In this document: positions 10,216-20,217 of the stretch, in pieces
Layout of the letters: every line of letters starts with the position of its first letter
Numbering within the stretch: position 1 is the stretch's first letter
Assembly: GCA_020348925.1 (NCBI GenBank)
Contig: CP070758.1
Location: 1,506,469-1,570,468, forward strand
Length of the DNA stretch: 64,000 nt
Reading direction: 5' to 3'
Source: Gemmatimonadota bacterium
GTDB lineage: Bacteria > JBHIER01 > G020348925
The notes under the pieces: generated by a model
Database searches by the model: none
What the model was told of the DNA's origin: nothing
The model's input: only the letters and a program-made list of their open reading frames with translations
Translations under genes and position numbers: made by a program

Positions 10216-12726
10216 TTATTTCATGATGAGACATTTTCTTGTTTGAGAACAATCGCTCGTTTTCAATTTGTAGAAATAAATTCCTGAGGCGAGTGAGTTG
10301 CCGGCATTATCCAATGCGTCCCAAGTGACCCTGTAATGTCCTGCTGCGTTGGTATCATTCACTAATGTTGCCACTTCTCGCCCCAGGATATTGAATACAC
10401 AGAGTTTCACCACACTCTCATGAGGCAGAGCGTACTCGATAATTGTCCGAGCGTTAAAAGGATTGGGATAATTCTGAGTCAGGATGAACTCTTTGGGAAT
10501 ATATATTTCTTTGACAAGAGTCATCAGCATTTTAAAATCTTCTTTTGAAAAATGGGATTCCAGAGATTGGAAATATTTGAAGACTTTGGACGAGATTTTA
10601 ACTGTTTCAGCCGATGTACATGAACCAATCCCGAGAACGACGTTCACAATACCTATTGCATCGATAATATCTACGGCTCCGTCCCCGGTGCAGTCGGCCG
10701 CCCATTCTTGAGATTCCGTTGGCTCTGTGGACCCCAGTATGATGTTTACAACAGCAAGCACATCCAGAATGTCTAAACTCCCATCCTGATTCACATCTCC
10801 CTTGAAGGGGACGTAGTTGAACCATTGTACAATGTTGTTTAATAGCGCTCCACGGATTTCATCATCGTCTCCAGTTGTAGCCCGAATGCCTTCGAGTCCG
10901 AGGGCGAAATAGACCAGTTTGTAATCACCATCGTATTTGATGGCTGCAACTTCTTGAGAAGAGTAATAATGAAGGATGGAGCTTGCCCCTTCACGAGGAG
11001 TGATAACACTTGGAGAAGTTTGATTCACATCTATTGTGAACAAGTTGAAATCGCCGGTGATGGGATCCCCATCCACCGCGGTTAGGAATGTCTCCTCTAT
11101 TGTATCATTTACGTAATCAGCGTGAAGATAATTTGCATAAAAGAGTGCATCATCCAGCGAGCCATTTTCCACTAAATCATAACCTATGTTTTGGCCAAAG
11201 AGGATAAGACAACCCCCTCTCTCAAGATAGCTGGCAATGAGTGTTTGTTCATTCGGAGTAAGAGTGCTGTCCCGGTCATCACCTGTAGACCAGATCATTG
11301 TTTCATACCCCGACACGTCAAAGCAGAAACAGTCTTTGGACTGCGTATCCACATAACGGTACACGTTTCCTCCGGCATACAAACACGCATCGTAATATTC
11401 TTCTGAAGAGGAGCCGCCATCGTCGTCGACTAACAGAAGAAATGGATGTCCTGTCTGAAAATTGAATGTTAACGTGTCCGCATAATCACTTTCTTCCGAT
11501 ACGTAGACATAGGCCGTCGCCCAATGAGACAAGAAGTCTGGATAGGCAATCAGGCGAAAGGGCGTGTTTGTGTTTCCGGTTGGGTGAAAAGGTTCAATTT
11601 CTTCATATACAGAATGTCCGTCTTGCACAATAATATGTTCATCCTCAACGTACAATTCTGCTCTGATGTCGGTCGCGGCATACCCGATATTTTCGAGAAG
11701 CACGATGAGATTTGCGGATTCACCAGGAGTGAGAACCCCGTCCTTATTTCCCTCGCTGTCGTCAATAGTATATCCTGAGGTGTGGAGCAGTGGTCTTAAA
11801 AAATCGCTGACTTCTTCGTTTGCAGTCAAATACGGCAGCCCCCCTTCCGCCAACGGTACGGACCCTGTTATGGCGTATAACTTATCTTCCACTACTTCAG
11901 CTGTTAATCCTTCACGACGTGTCGGCATGGGTGCCCAGTGTGTCCATCGATCATGCACCGGATCATACGATTCGAATTCGTTCGAATTTCCACCACGTCC
12001 TCCAACCACGTAAATTCTGCCGTGGACGACTCCGATTCCGCTTCCTCCTCTCGGTGTTGGCATAGGGCTTTTTGCAGTCCATGTTTTGGAAAAGCTATCA
12101 TACTCCTGGACTAGGTTAGAACTCCATCCTCCAATCAAATACACTTTGCCGTTAGCGTGAGCAGTCATAAACGTAGATCGTGCTTGAGGCATAGTCACGT
12201 CTGCTTTCCAAGAATCGCCAGCGGGATAATATTTTTCCACAACATTTTCTTCCGCTTGAACTCCCAGTCCACCAAATACGAAAATAGTATCGTTGATGGC
12301 TACTCCTCCTGCCCAACCTCGAGGTGTCGGCATTGAAGTTTTTGACGTCCAACGATCGCTCTGGGGATCGTATTCCTCCACGTCGTCCAGGGCATAGTGG
12401 CCACCGGCAAAGGAACCACCACGTCCACCGATGGCATAGATTTTATCGTTCACGACTTCTGTTACCAAGCCCCACCGTGGCGTCAACATAGGAGCCTTCA
12501 TTTCCCACGTGTCAGTTTCAGGATCGTACATTTCAACCGTGGGTAGAGCTCCATATGGATTAATACCCCTCTGACCACCTATGACGTATATCTTTCCGTT
12601 CAAGACGACGGAGGCTGGATTCCAACGCTCTGTGAGTATTGGCGCTCTCGGTGTCCACGTTTGAGATAAACCAACGGTATAAAAACTCACGAATATGAGA
12701 GTTATCATGAGACTCTCCTTTTTCAT
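10216..12726 (-). CDS. Secreted Kelch-repeat protein with dockerin and T9SS-type CTD
   Basis: Six Kelch blades (KIYVIGG, MPTPR); dockerin KGDVNQDGSLDILD...ADCTGDGAVDIID; CTD LTQNYPNPFN...SGIYFYKL. Confidence 0.9.
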   Translation of the reverse strand: MKKESLMITLIFVSFYTVGLSQTWTPRAPILTERWNPASVVLNGKIYVIGGQRGINPYGALPTVEMYDPETDTWEMKAPMLTPRWGLVTEVVNDKIYAIGGRGGSFAGGHYALDDVEEYDPQSDRWTSKTSMPTPRGWAGGVAINDTIFVFGGLGVQAEENVVEKYYPAGDSWKADVTMPQARSTFMTAHANGKVYLIGGWSSNLVQEYDSFSKTWTAKSPMPTPRGGSGIGVVHGRIYVVGGRGGNSNEFESYDPVHDRWTHWAPMPTRREGLTAEVVEDKLYAITGSVPLAEGGLPYLTANEEVSDFLRPLLHTSGYTIDDSEGNKDGVLTPGESANLIVLLENIGYAATDIRAELYVEDEHIIVQDGHSVYEEIEPFHPTGNTNTPFRLIAYPDFLSHWATAYVYVSEESDYADTLTFNFQTGHPFLLLVDDDGGSSSEEYYDACLYAGGNVYRYVDTQSKDCFCFDVSGYETMIWSTGDDRDSTLTPNEQTLIASYLERGGCLILFGQNIGYDLVENGSLDDALFYANYLHADYVNDTIEETFLTAVDGDPITGDFNLFTIDVNQTSPSVITPREGASSILHYYSSQEVAAIKYDGDYKLVYFALGLEGIRATTGDDDEIRGALLNNIVQWFNYVPFKGDVNQDGSLDILDVLAVVNIILGSTEPTESQEWAADCTGDGAVDIIDAIGIVNVVLGIGSCTSAETVKISSKVFKYFQSLESHFSKEDFKMLMTLVKEIYIPKEFILTQNYPNPFNARTIIEYALPHESVVKLCVFNILGREVATLVNDTNAAGHYRVTWDALDNAGNSLASGIYFYKLKTSDCSQTRKCLIMK

Positions 12727-12837
12727 TGTATCATCTCCTCTGTGAAGTGGGTGAAAAAGTTAAAAGGAATAACATACTCACAGCCGGTAAGAGGTGCTTT
12801 CGGGTTGGAGTATGATTTTATCGCGTCAGACAAAGTT

Positions 12838-12927
12838 TTACTTCAGAAGAACCATGCTCTTCGTGTGTGTGAAGTCTCGTGCTGTCAGTACTCAAACAAG
12901 AAACAAAATAACGTGTCCATTTTTCAT
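12838..12927 (-). pseudogene. Deletion remnant: signal-peptide start joined to a CTD-like C-terminal tail
   Basis: GGAGG RBS, then MKNGHVILFLV*VLTARDFTHTKSMVLLK*; the tail resembles the CTD ends ANDFTQTRRMVLMR and TSDCSQTRKCLIMK in this window. Confidence 0.6.
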
Positions 12928-12998
12928 GTTGATGGACCTCCATTTCCGTTAAAATTATAATGCGTCTACACCTGTTCGTTCCATAAAGTGTTATTTAG

Positions 12999-14720
12999 TC
13001 AGGGAAGACATGTTCCAATTCCCAAGATCACGTTGACAATTCCAAGTGCGTCGAAAACATTCACCATTCCATCGTCGTTGCAATCGGCGGTCCAGGATTC
13101 CGTATCCGTCGGATCACTAATTCCTAAAATGATGTTTACTGTTTGGATCACGTCCAGTATATTGATTGCGTCATCACCGTTAACATCTCCCTTGGTCGGA
13201 ACATACCGCAGCCACTGGATGATCTTGTTCATAAAAATTCCTCGGAACTCATCATCATCCCCACTCATCGTCCGGATCCCTTCAAAGCCGAGAGCAAGAT
13301 AGACGACCTTATGGTTTCCTTCATATTTGATAGCGGCAGTCTCGCGGCACATGTGATAGACAAGTATTGGACTTGCTCCCTCCCGCGGAGTTATAACGCT
13401 GAGGGAGGATTGGTTTTCGTCGATTGGGAGAAAAGGGAAGTCAGCGGTGATGGGATCGCCCTGGATTCCACACAGAAATGATTCCTCAATCGAATCACTG
13501 ACATAGTCAGCATGGAGATAGTTGACGTGGAAGAGTGAATCATCCATTGAGCCATGTGTCACCAAATCAAAGCCTATGTTCTGGCCAGAAATGATGAGAT
13601 GACCTCCTCCGTCAAGGTATTCAGTCAAAAGATCTTGCTCCTTTGCAGTGAGGGTGCTGTCCTGTTCATCACCCGTAAACCAAATTAGGATTTCATATTC
13701 TGAAAGATCTAATGATTGAATATCTTGGGATCTCATGTCCCATTCGTGGTGCACTTTGTCTGCGTGGAACAAACATCTCTCGTAATATTGCTCGTAAGAC
13801 ATTCCACCATTATCATCAATCAAGAGTATGTCCGGATTCCCCACAGGCAAGCGAAAAGTAAAAGTATCTTTATGACTTGGCTCTGTGTCAATCACGAGTT
13901 CGAGTGAAGCATAATGAGGCCCGGAAGCAAGATCCAAACCGATGATGAAGGGATCATGAGAATTGTTGCCGCTTCCGTGACCGGGGATCGTATTAAAAAG
14001 AGTTTCATCTTTTTCTAAGATGATATGTGTGTCTTCACTCTCCAAGCTTCCTCGCAGATTACTCAAAGAGGGCTCGATGCAGGCGTTCTCTAATTCAACA
14101 AACAGATGTGCTGTTTCGCCACAGTTGAGTATAGCATCACTATTGCCTTGTGAGTCGTCGAGCATCACCTGGATCATTCGTATTTTTTTTGCCAAATACC
14201 TATCGATTTGACTTCGCATGTAGGATTCGTCGAATTGATCGGGGTAGAAAAACTTGAAATCCTGAAATTGCATAAAGCGATCAACAATAATAAAGACAGG
14301 CCATCCACCCCCAAACCGTTCACAGACGTGGCCGGTTGAGTCGTACACCACAGTATACGTAACGCCATGTCTGTTTACCCAATTCTGTACTGTTGACAAT
14401 TTTGCAGTCATGCCGATAGAGATGATTTGAAAATCCTGGTCTTTTAATTCTTGCCAGAGATTATTTTCGAGATGCGGAGCCTCCGCATTGCAGGTCGGTC
14501 ACCCTGAATGCCAAATATGGAGCAGGATAACATCGCCTGTGTAATCGTACAGAGAGATGCTATCACCGACTGCTGATGGCAGGGTAAAATTATCCACAAC
14601 ATCTCCAATTTCATAATCCTGCGCTGAAGATGATGAATGGTGTGTATCTGAAAAACTGACTCCGTAATAAAGGAGAAAGAGACTAACCAGGAATTTTGGA
14701 AGATGAGGATTTGTTATCAT
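12999..14720 (-). CDS. Secreted selenoprotein: AhpC/TSA (TlpA-like) thioredoxin fold with UxxC, accessory domains and C-terminal dockerin (about 573 aa; Sec at 14499-14501)
   Basis: ORFs 14499..14759 and 12999..14411 share a frame and are joined by one TGA: NFTLPSAVGDSISLYDYTGDVILLHIWHSG-U-PTCNAEAPHL. A SECIS-like hairpin follows. GGAG RBS before ATG 14720. Confidence 0.88.
14472..14488 (-). promoter_or_regulatory. Bacterial SECIS-like hairpin
   Basis: ATGCGGA-GGC-TCCGCAT starts 10 nt after the UGA; the apical loop begins with G, 17 nt from the UGA. Confidence 0.75.
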
Positions 14721-14759
14721 GTTTTGTCTCCGTTTTATTTTATCAAAGAATTGAAGCAT

Positions 14760-16229
14760 TCATGAGGTCCCTTTGATTTCAGAGAATCTTTGTTTCGTTT
14801 CCTCAACTTGTGGAATCCCTTCATCACAACCGTCCATAATCAGCAAGAATTTCTCCATTTCTGAAACGGCTTTTTGAATATGACCGAGTTCATCATAGAT
14901 GCGACCCAACAGATATCGGGAGTGCGAATAGTTGGGATTAATCGCTACGACCTTTTCCAATTCGGCGATCGCCTTATCCGTGTCGCGGCTTTTGAAAAGA
15001 GCTTCGGCGAAAGCAGTTCGAAAAAAGACCTCCTCTCGCGGCCAGAGCGGTTGAGCGAGAATATTTTGAAAGTGCTCAATCGCTTTGTCATGAGTCCCGT
15101 TCGCTGACGCGATCTTCGCGGACAAATGACCGACATACATCTTCATCCTCAGAGTATAGAGTTCCCCGTACCTCTCGTGAACATCTCGTTGTTCTTCCTG
15201 GAGTATGAGATGCTCCAACTGTTCCCTTTGTTCGACGGCTTTATGGACCACTCCCAATTCAGTGTAATTCAAACCCATGAGCCATTTCAGAATGTAGAGC
15301 TGGGGACCATCGGCCGGAATCTTTTCCAGGAGAGATAACGATTGCTCGTAGTCACCCCTTTCGTAATGGGTTCGTGCTATCTGTATCTGACTGCTGTTTC
15401 GAATCCATTGGTTTGTACTTGTCGCAGCTCCTTTCTCAAAGTAGCTGATGGCTTTTCTATACATACCTTTATATTGATACGCTCTCCCCAAGTGATCGAT
15501 GGCAAAGGCAAAGTCGGGCTTGAGGACCCGTGCTTTGTTAAATTCCGTGATCGCTTCATCATATCTTCCCATGATGAGATATATTTCTCCTAAACTATCA
15601 TGAGGATTGGGTTGATCGGGAGACAGAAAAACATACTTTTTCATATTGGCTATTGCCTTATCGTAATGACTAAGGTAGGCATATGCGTATCCGAGCTGGT
15701 TGTAGGCCGGAGCATAGTTGGGATCTATCTTAAGAATACGTTCGAATTCTATTATTCCTTTTTCATATTGTCTGAGTCTGAGATATTCGTTGCCTCGATA
15801 CTCATAGGGTTCTATGGCCTTCGAATAACGTTGGGCCAGTTTTTCGATCATCTCCCGAGCTGTCGTGTAATCGCGGTTTGTATGGGCATTGTGAAAGGAG
15901 ATGATGAGCTGCTCTTTTTCCGTAGTATTCGGAGCAAGTTCGACCGCCTTTGCGAGAGCCTCTCTTGCCTCTTCGATTCGACCGTAGTTACGGCAACTCA
16001 CGCCTAACCTGCAAAAGGCCATAGCAAACCCGGTATCCAGTTGTGTCGCCCGTTCAAAACAGGCGAGCGCCTCTTCAAAATAAAATTTGTTCGCCAGTTC
16101 TATCCCTTTCCGATACTTCATATATGCTTCTGCAGAATTGGTGGTGACTTCCCTCTTGTCTCGGAGACCGTAGGCCAGGGCAACAATGAGTGCTACAACA
16201 CATGCGACAATTGCTCCTTTCTTCATCAT
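14760..16229 (-). CDS. TPR-repeat protein with N-terminal membrane anchor or signal
   Basis: Many TPR units (DPNYAPAYNQLGYAY, PDQPNPHDSLGEIY); AGGAGG RBS before ATG 16229. Confidence 0.9.
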   Translation of the reverse strand: MMKKGAIVACVVALIVALAYGLRDKREVTTNSAEAYMKYRKGIELANKFYFEEALACFERATQLDTGFAMAFCRLGVSCRNYGRIEEAREALAKAVELAPNTTEKEQLIISFHNAHTNRDYTTAREMIEKLAQRYSKAIEPYEYRGNEYLRLRQYEKGIIEFERILKIDPNYAPAYNQLGYAYAYLSHYDKAIANMKKYVFLSPDQPNPHDSLGEIYLIMGRYDEAITEFNKARVLKPDFAFAIDHLGRAYQYKGMYRKAISYFEKGAATSTNQWIRNSSQIQIARTHYERGDYEQSLSLLEKIPADGPQLYILKWLMGLNYTELGVVHKAVEQREQLEHLILQEEQRDVHERYGELYTLRMKMYVGHLSAKIASANGTHDKAIEHFQNILAQPLWPREEVFFRTAFAEALFKSRDTDKAIAELEKVVAINPNYSHSRYLLGRIYDELGHIQKAVSEMEKFLLIMDGCDEGIPQVEETKQRFSEIKGTS

Positions 16230-16264
16230 GACGACAACCTCCTTTCTCTTATGCAAAGAGTACT

Positions 16265-16280
16265 TGCAAAACCAATGCCA
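16265..16280 (-). promoter_or_regulatory. Sigma-54 (-24/-12) promoter
   Basis: TGGCAT-TGGTT-TTGCA (GG-N10-GC), 35 nt upstream of the TPR gene start. Confidence 0.8.
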
Positions 16281-16356
16281 GATGCACGGTTACTGTGGTA
16301 ACCTATTAATTATTAAAGTATTATATTTTATTTTTAGGATGATGTGTTCCCGCTTA

Positions 16357-16407
16357 TGTAATGTATCGTTACACAGGAAAACTTTGGGATGGTAACGAGA
16401 AATTACA
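16357..16407. promoter_or_regulatory. Two palindromic upstream activator-like sites
   Basis: TGTAA-N7-TTACA (16357-16373) and GGTAA-N7-TTACA (16391-16407), separated from the promoter by an AT-rich tract. Confidence 0.6.
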
Positions 16408-17740
16408 CCGATAAGCCGTACTTTTTGATTTTTCGATCCAACGTCGGACGGGAGATGTCCAAGAGTTCACACGTCTTCTTTTTATTGTTGTTCGTATATG
16501 TGAGAATTTTAGCGATGTATTCTTTTTCCATTTCAGCCAGAGTACGCAATCGTTCAGATACTATTCTTGGCTCCTTGTCCTCGGAAGATGGGAGATATTC
16601 CATGAGTAGGACATCACTCTTGGCCATAATAACTGCGCGTCGCAGAACGTTCTCTAATTCTCGAACGTTCCCTTTCCAGGGTTGGTTTACGAGAAAATCC
16701 ATCACATCGGGAGCCACTTTACGAACGTTTCTATCGAATTCTATGTTGATTTTGTCCAACAAGAATTCGACCAAGAGAGGAATATCTTCACGGCGCTCTC
16801 TCAGTGGTGGAACATAAATTTCGATAACTTTGAGCCGGTAGTATAAATCCTCACGAAATTGTTCCTGCTGGATCATGTGTTCGAGATCTTTGTTCGTGGC
16901 TGTAACGATTCGAGCTTCTGAAGTAAGGGTCTGGGTTCCGCCAACCCGTTCGTACTTTTTTTCCTGCAGGACTCGCAGAAGCTTGGCCTGAATGTTGAGT
17001 GAGATATCGCCAATCTCATCGAAGAAGAGCGTGCCTCGTTCGGCCAGTTCACATTTTCCTTTCTTCGTCGCAACCGCTCCTGTGAAAGCGCCTTTTTCGT
17101 GACCGAACAGCTCGCTTTCAAAGAGGGTTTCTGGAATGGCCGTGCAGTTTACGGCGACAAAAGGTTGTTTTCTGCTCATACTGTTATAATGAATAGCCTT
17201 GGCAATGAGTTCTTTACCCGTTCCGCTTTCCCCGCGTATGAGGACCGTTACTCGACTCGTCGAAGAGGAACCAATTGTCTTAAAAATCTCCCGCATAGAT
17301 TTGCTTTGGCCGATAATATTATTCAGTTCGTACTCCTGAGAAATTTCCTTCAGTAGAGTATTCATCCTCCGATTGAGATCTAGATTTTCCAAAGCCCGTT
17401 GAATCGTACATTCGATTTCATCGAGGTCGATGGGTTTCCGTATGTATTCATACGCGCCCAATTGCATGGCTCTGATAGTCGTCCGCATGTCATCATAGGC
17501 AGTGATAATGACGACAGAAATATTCTCGTTGATTTCTTTGATCTTTTCGAGAAGGGTGAGACCATCCATTTTGGGCATTCGAATATCCAAAATAACCACA
17601 TCGGGATTCTCATTTTTGACTTGAGCCAAACCTTCTTCACTATCTACGGCTGTCGAAACGTAATATCCTTTCTCCGTAAACGTAATCTGTAATGTTTCAC
17701 ATATAGACCTATCGTCGTCGATAACAAGAATCGATTTCAT
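16403..17740 (-). CDS. Sigma-54-dependent response regulator (NtrC/AtoC family)
   Basis: Receiver (VIDDD, LDIRMPKMDG), AAA+ GESGTGKE, GAFTGA, Fis-type HTH. Confidence 0.97.
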   Translation of the reverse strand: MKSILVIDDDRSICETLQITFTEKGYYVSTAVDSEEGLAQVKNENPDVVILDIRMPKMDGLTLLEKIKEINENISVVIITAYDDMRTTIRAMQLGAYEYIRKPIDLDEIECTIQRALENLDLNRRMNTLLKEISQEYELNNIIGQSKSMREIFKTIGSSSTSRVTVLIRGESGTGKELIAKAIHYNSMSRKQPFVAVNCTAIPETLFESELFGHEKGAFTGAVATKKGKCELAERGTLFFDEIGDISLNIQAKLLRVLQEKKYERVGGTQTLTSEARIVTATNKDLEHMIQQEQFREDLYYRLKVIEIYVPPLRERREDIPLLVEFLLDKINIEFDRNVRKVAPDVMDFLVNQPWKGNVRELENVLRRAVIMAKSDVLLMEYLPSSEDKEPRIVSERLRTLAEMEKEYIAKILTYTNNNKKKTCELLDISRPTLDRKIKKYGLSV

Positions 17741-20217
17741 GAAACAACCTCCTTGCCTTGAACCAAGGGAAGGAATACGGAGAAGAGAGTCCCGTGGTTT
17801 TCTTTGCTGTTCACCTCGATAATCCCATCATGCTGTTCGATAAATTTGAGCGAATTCGTCAAACCGAGTCCGGTACCATCAGCTCGCGTTGTAAAAAAAG
17901 GATTGAATATATTCTTTATATTTTCTTCTGAGATCCCAGGTCCGTTGTCTGAAATATCAATCTGAACCATTTCTCGTTCATTCTTCGATGTCACATTCGT
18001 TCTCAGATCTATTTTACCTCGTTCATTGAGAACCTGAACTGCATTCATAAGGAGATTCAAAATAACTTGGCTGAGCTTATCCTGGTCTGCTGTGATTATG
18101 GGTACATTCTGAGAAAATGTTATTCGTACCCGAATGGCCTTTTTTTTCATTTCCTCATGAAGCAACCTCAAAGTATTCTCCAAGATAGTATGAACGTTCA
18201 CCGGTTGCACTTTGAGTGGAGCTGGCTTGGCAAAGTTCAAAATACCCTGAACCAGGTTCTCCAGTCGGTCTACCTCCGAAAGGGCAATCTCAAATCGCCT
18301 TGTGCTTACGGGTGTGACGCTTATTTCTTTTGATAAGCTTTGGAGGTTCATTTTGATGGCCGTCAGTGGATTTCGAATCTCGTGAGCCACGCCTGAGGCC
18401 AATTGTCCCAATGAAGCCAACCTCTCAGCGTGGAACAACTTTTCCTTTGCTCTCGCTATACCTTCCACAAGCCGTATGTTTTGAATGGCTAATGCTGCTC
18501 GACCGGCTAAGGTAGACAGCCACTCCCGATCCATCTTCGAGTAAATATCCCCGGAACGTTTCTCTCCCAGTATCACTATTCCTAGCAATTCGTGTTTCTT
18601 TACCAGAGGAATCAGGAGAACCGCTTTCAAACGGTTGAGGTTTTTCTGAGTGTGTTGTGAGAGTTGTCTGAATTCTCTCTTTCCCGAGATCTCCTCCCAT
18701 GACAGGGGATGATCCTTTAATGGTTTGAAAAGAGAAACGATATCCTCGTAATCGAATGCAACCGTATTCGTGAAGTCACTCGGGAATCCTCTGCTCAATG
18801 ATACGGTAAAGCGTTTTGATTCTGATGGCATGATGAATAAAGTCGCATGGTGCGCGTGCATAGTCGAGTGCATCTCGTGAAACACAAATTCAAGGAGCTG
18901 ATCCAGTTCGCCGAATGAATTCATTTTCTCTGTCAATGTCTCGATCGTCTGATGAAAATCATAGTCCTTTCTGTAAAACGTTCTATCGATAAATTTTTGA
19001 ATCATCTCTCTGGCAGGTGCAAAAAGAATGGCGATGATGATGACCGAGAGAAAGACGATGACGAAACTCTCAACACCCGTCACTTTTTGAAATAATCCTC
19101 CGGCAACGTTAACCAGGAGTATGTAAACTCCCAAAAGGAATCCTGTCAGCACAGTGTAGACGAGACTTCGTTTGATAATAACGTCGATATCCATCATCCG
19201 ATATCTCACGATACAGTAACCAAAGGAGAAGGGAATCAGGGTCATTGGAAAGACTCCAAAAAAAAGATAGTCCGTATTGTGAAAAACACTCACAAAAACG
19301 ATTCCAAAAATCAAAAAGGGGACGAGCCCCATCGTTATCCCCCAGAGGAGCATCTTAATCTGCCGCTTGCTCACCGGATCTTGGGAAAAAAAATATGAAT
19401 GGATCAAGCTTCCTATTCCCAAAATGAGGTAGAGACCTAACAATGACCAATTGAGAAGGTTAATATCCAGGGCTTCGAAAGATCTTCTCAGACCGAACAA
19501 TTGGTGTACGGTGAAACGGATGTGGAGGATAGGTGGAATAACGTAAATGAGATACAAGAGATATCGTCGTTTGGTAAGAATATTTTTGCGCTGTGGAAAG
19601 ATGAGAAAAAAGTGAAGAAAGAAAGCGGGGAGAAGGAAAAGGGAGAAAGCACCGGCGTTCTGGACGAAGAGATCGACCCAATAATAGGATGAACGACGAA
19701 GATGGCAGACGAGAAAAATCATAAAGGCCAGGCACATCATGTAAAAAAGTTGAGGGACTCGCTCATGAGGTTTTCTCAGAAAAATATACAAGCCAATAAT
19801 GAAAAAGATAAATCCCAAAATACTGTAATAGGCGTATTGGAAGTCGGCTGTCCGATACGTATCTAAAATGAGATCGAAGTTTAAGATGTCGTTGCCCCTT
19901 TGAATAAGATAGGGGACAGTCGAACCGACCTTCTGCTGAATTAAAACTTTTGCAGCCTCCTTCGGTGAGGTGACGATGCGGTTGGCGATTCCCAATATAA
20001 TGTCGTCTTTTTTCAACCCGGCTCGATCGGCAGGGCCGTCAGGGACGATATCCACAATCTTCACCTCGTCGTATCCCAGAAGCCAAACACCACCATCGTT
20101 TGGCTTTTGAGAGAACATGTCAATGATACTCATGACTGCCACAACAATGGCCAGCAAACCAATGATCAGCAGAAGATTTCTGATACGAGTTTGTCTTGGA
20201 GAAGTCATGTTCTGCAT
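17737..20217 (-). CDS. Membrane sensor histidine kinase with periplasmic PDZ domain, multi-TM region and GAF domain
   Basis: PDZ IVPDGPADRAGLKKDDIIL; HisKA GVAHEIRNPL; HATPase NLLMNA, DNGPGI, GTGLGL. Confidence 0.93.
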   Translation of the reverse strand: MQNMTSPRQTRIRNLLLIIGLLAIVVAVMSIIDMFSQKPNDGGVWLLGYDEVKIVDIVPDGPADRAGLKKDDIILGIANRIVTSPKEAAKVLIQQKVGSTVPYLIQRGNDILNFDLILDTYRTADFQYAYYSILGFIFFIIGLYIFLRKPHERVPQLFYMMCLAFMIFLVCHLRRSSYYWVDLFVQNAGAFSLFLLPAFFLHFFLIFPQRKNILTKRRYLLYLIYVIPPILHIRFTVHQLFGLRRSFEALDINLLNWSLLGLYLILGIGSLIHSYFFSQDPVSKRQIKMLLWGITMGLVPFLIFGIVFVSVFHNTDYLFFGVFPMTLIPFSFGYCIVRYRMMDIDVIIKRSLVYTVLTGFLLGVYILLVNVAGGLFQKVTGVESFVIVFLSVIIIAILFAPAREMIQKFIDRTFYRKDYDFHQTIETLTEKMNSFGELDQLLEFVFHEMHSTMHAHHATLFIMPSESKRFTVSLSRGFPSDFTNTVAFDYEDIVSLFKPLKDHPLSWEEISGKREFRQLSQHTQKNLNRLKAVLLIPLVKKHELLGIVILGEKRSGDIYSKMDREWLSTLAGRAALAIQNIRLVEGIARAKEKLFHAERLASLGQLASGVAHEIRNPLTAIKMNLQSLSKEISVTPVSTRRFEIALSEVDRLENLVQGILNFAKPAPLKVQPVNVHTILENTLRLLHEEMKKKAIRVRITFSQNVPIITADQDKLSQVILNLLMNAVQVLNERGKIDLRTNVTSKNEREMVQIDISDNGPGISEENIKNIFNPFFTTRADGTGLGLTNSLKFIEQHDGIIEVNSKENHGTLFSVFLPLVQGKEVVS

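Noticed and set aside
12892-12894. TGA in the 30-codon remnant read as selenocysteine
   Set aside because: No redox context or SECIS-like hairpin; better explained as a deletion junction.
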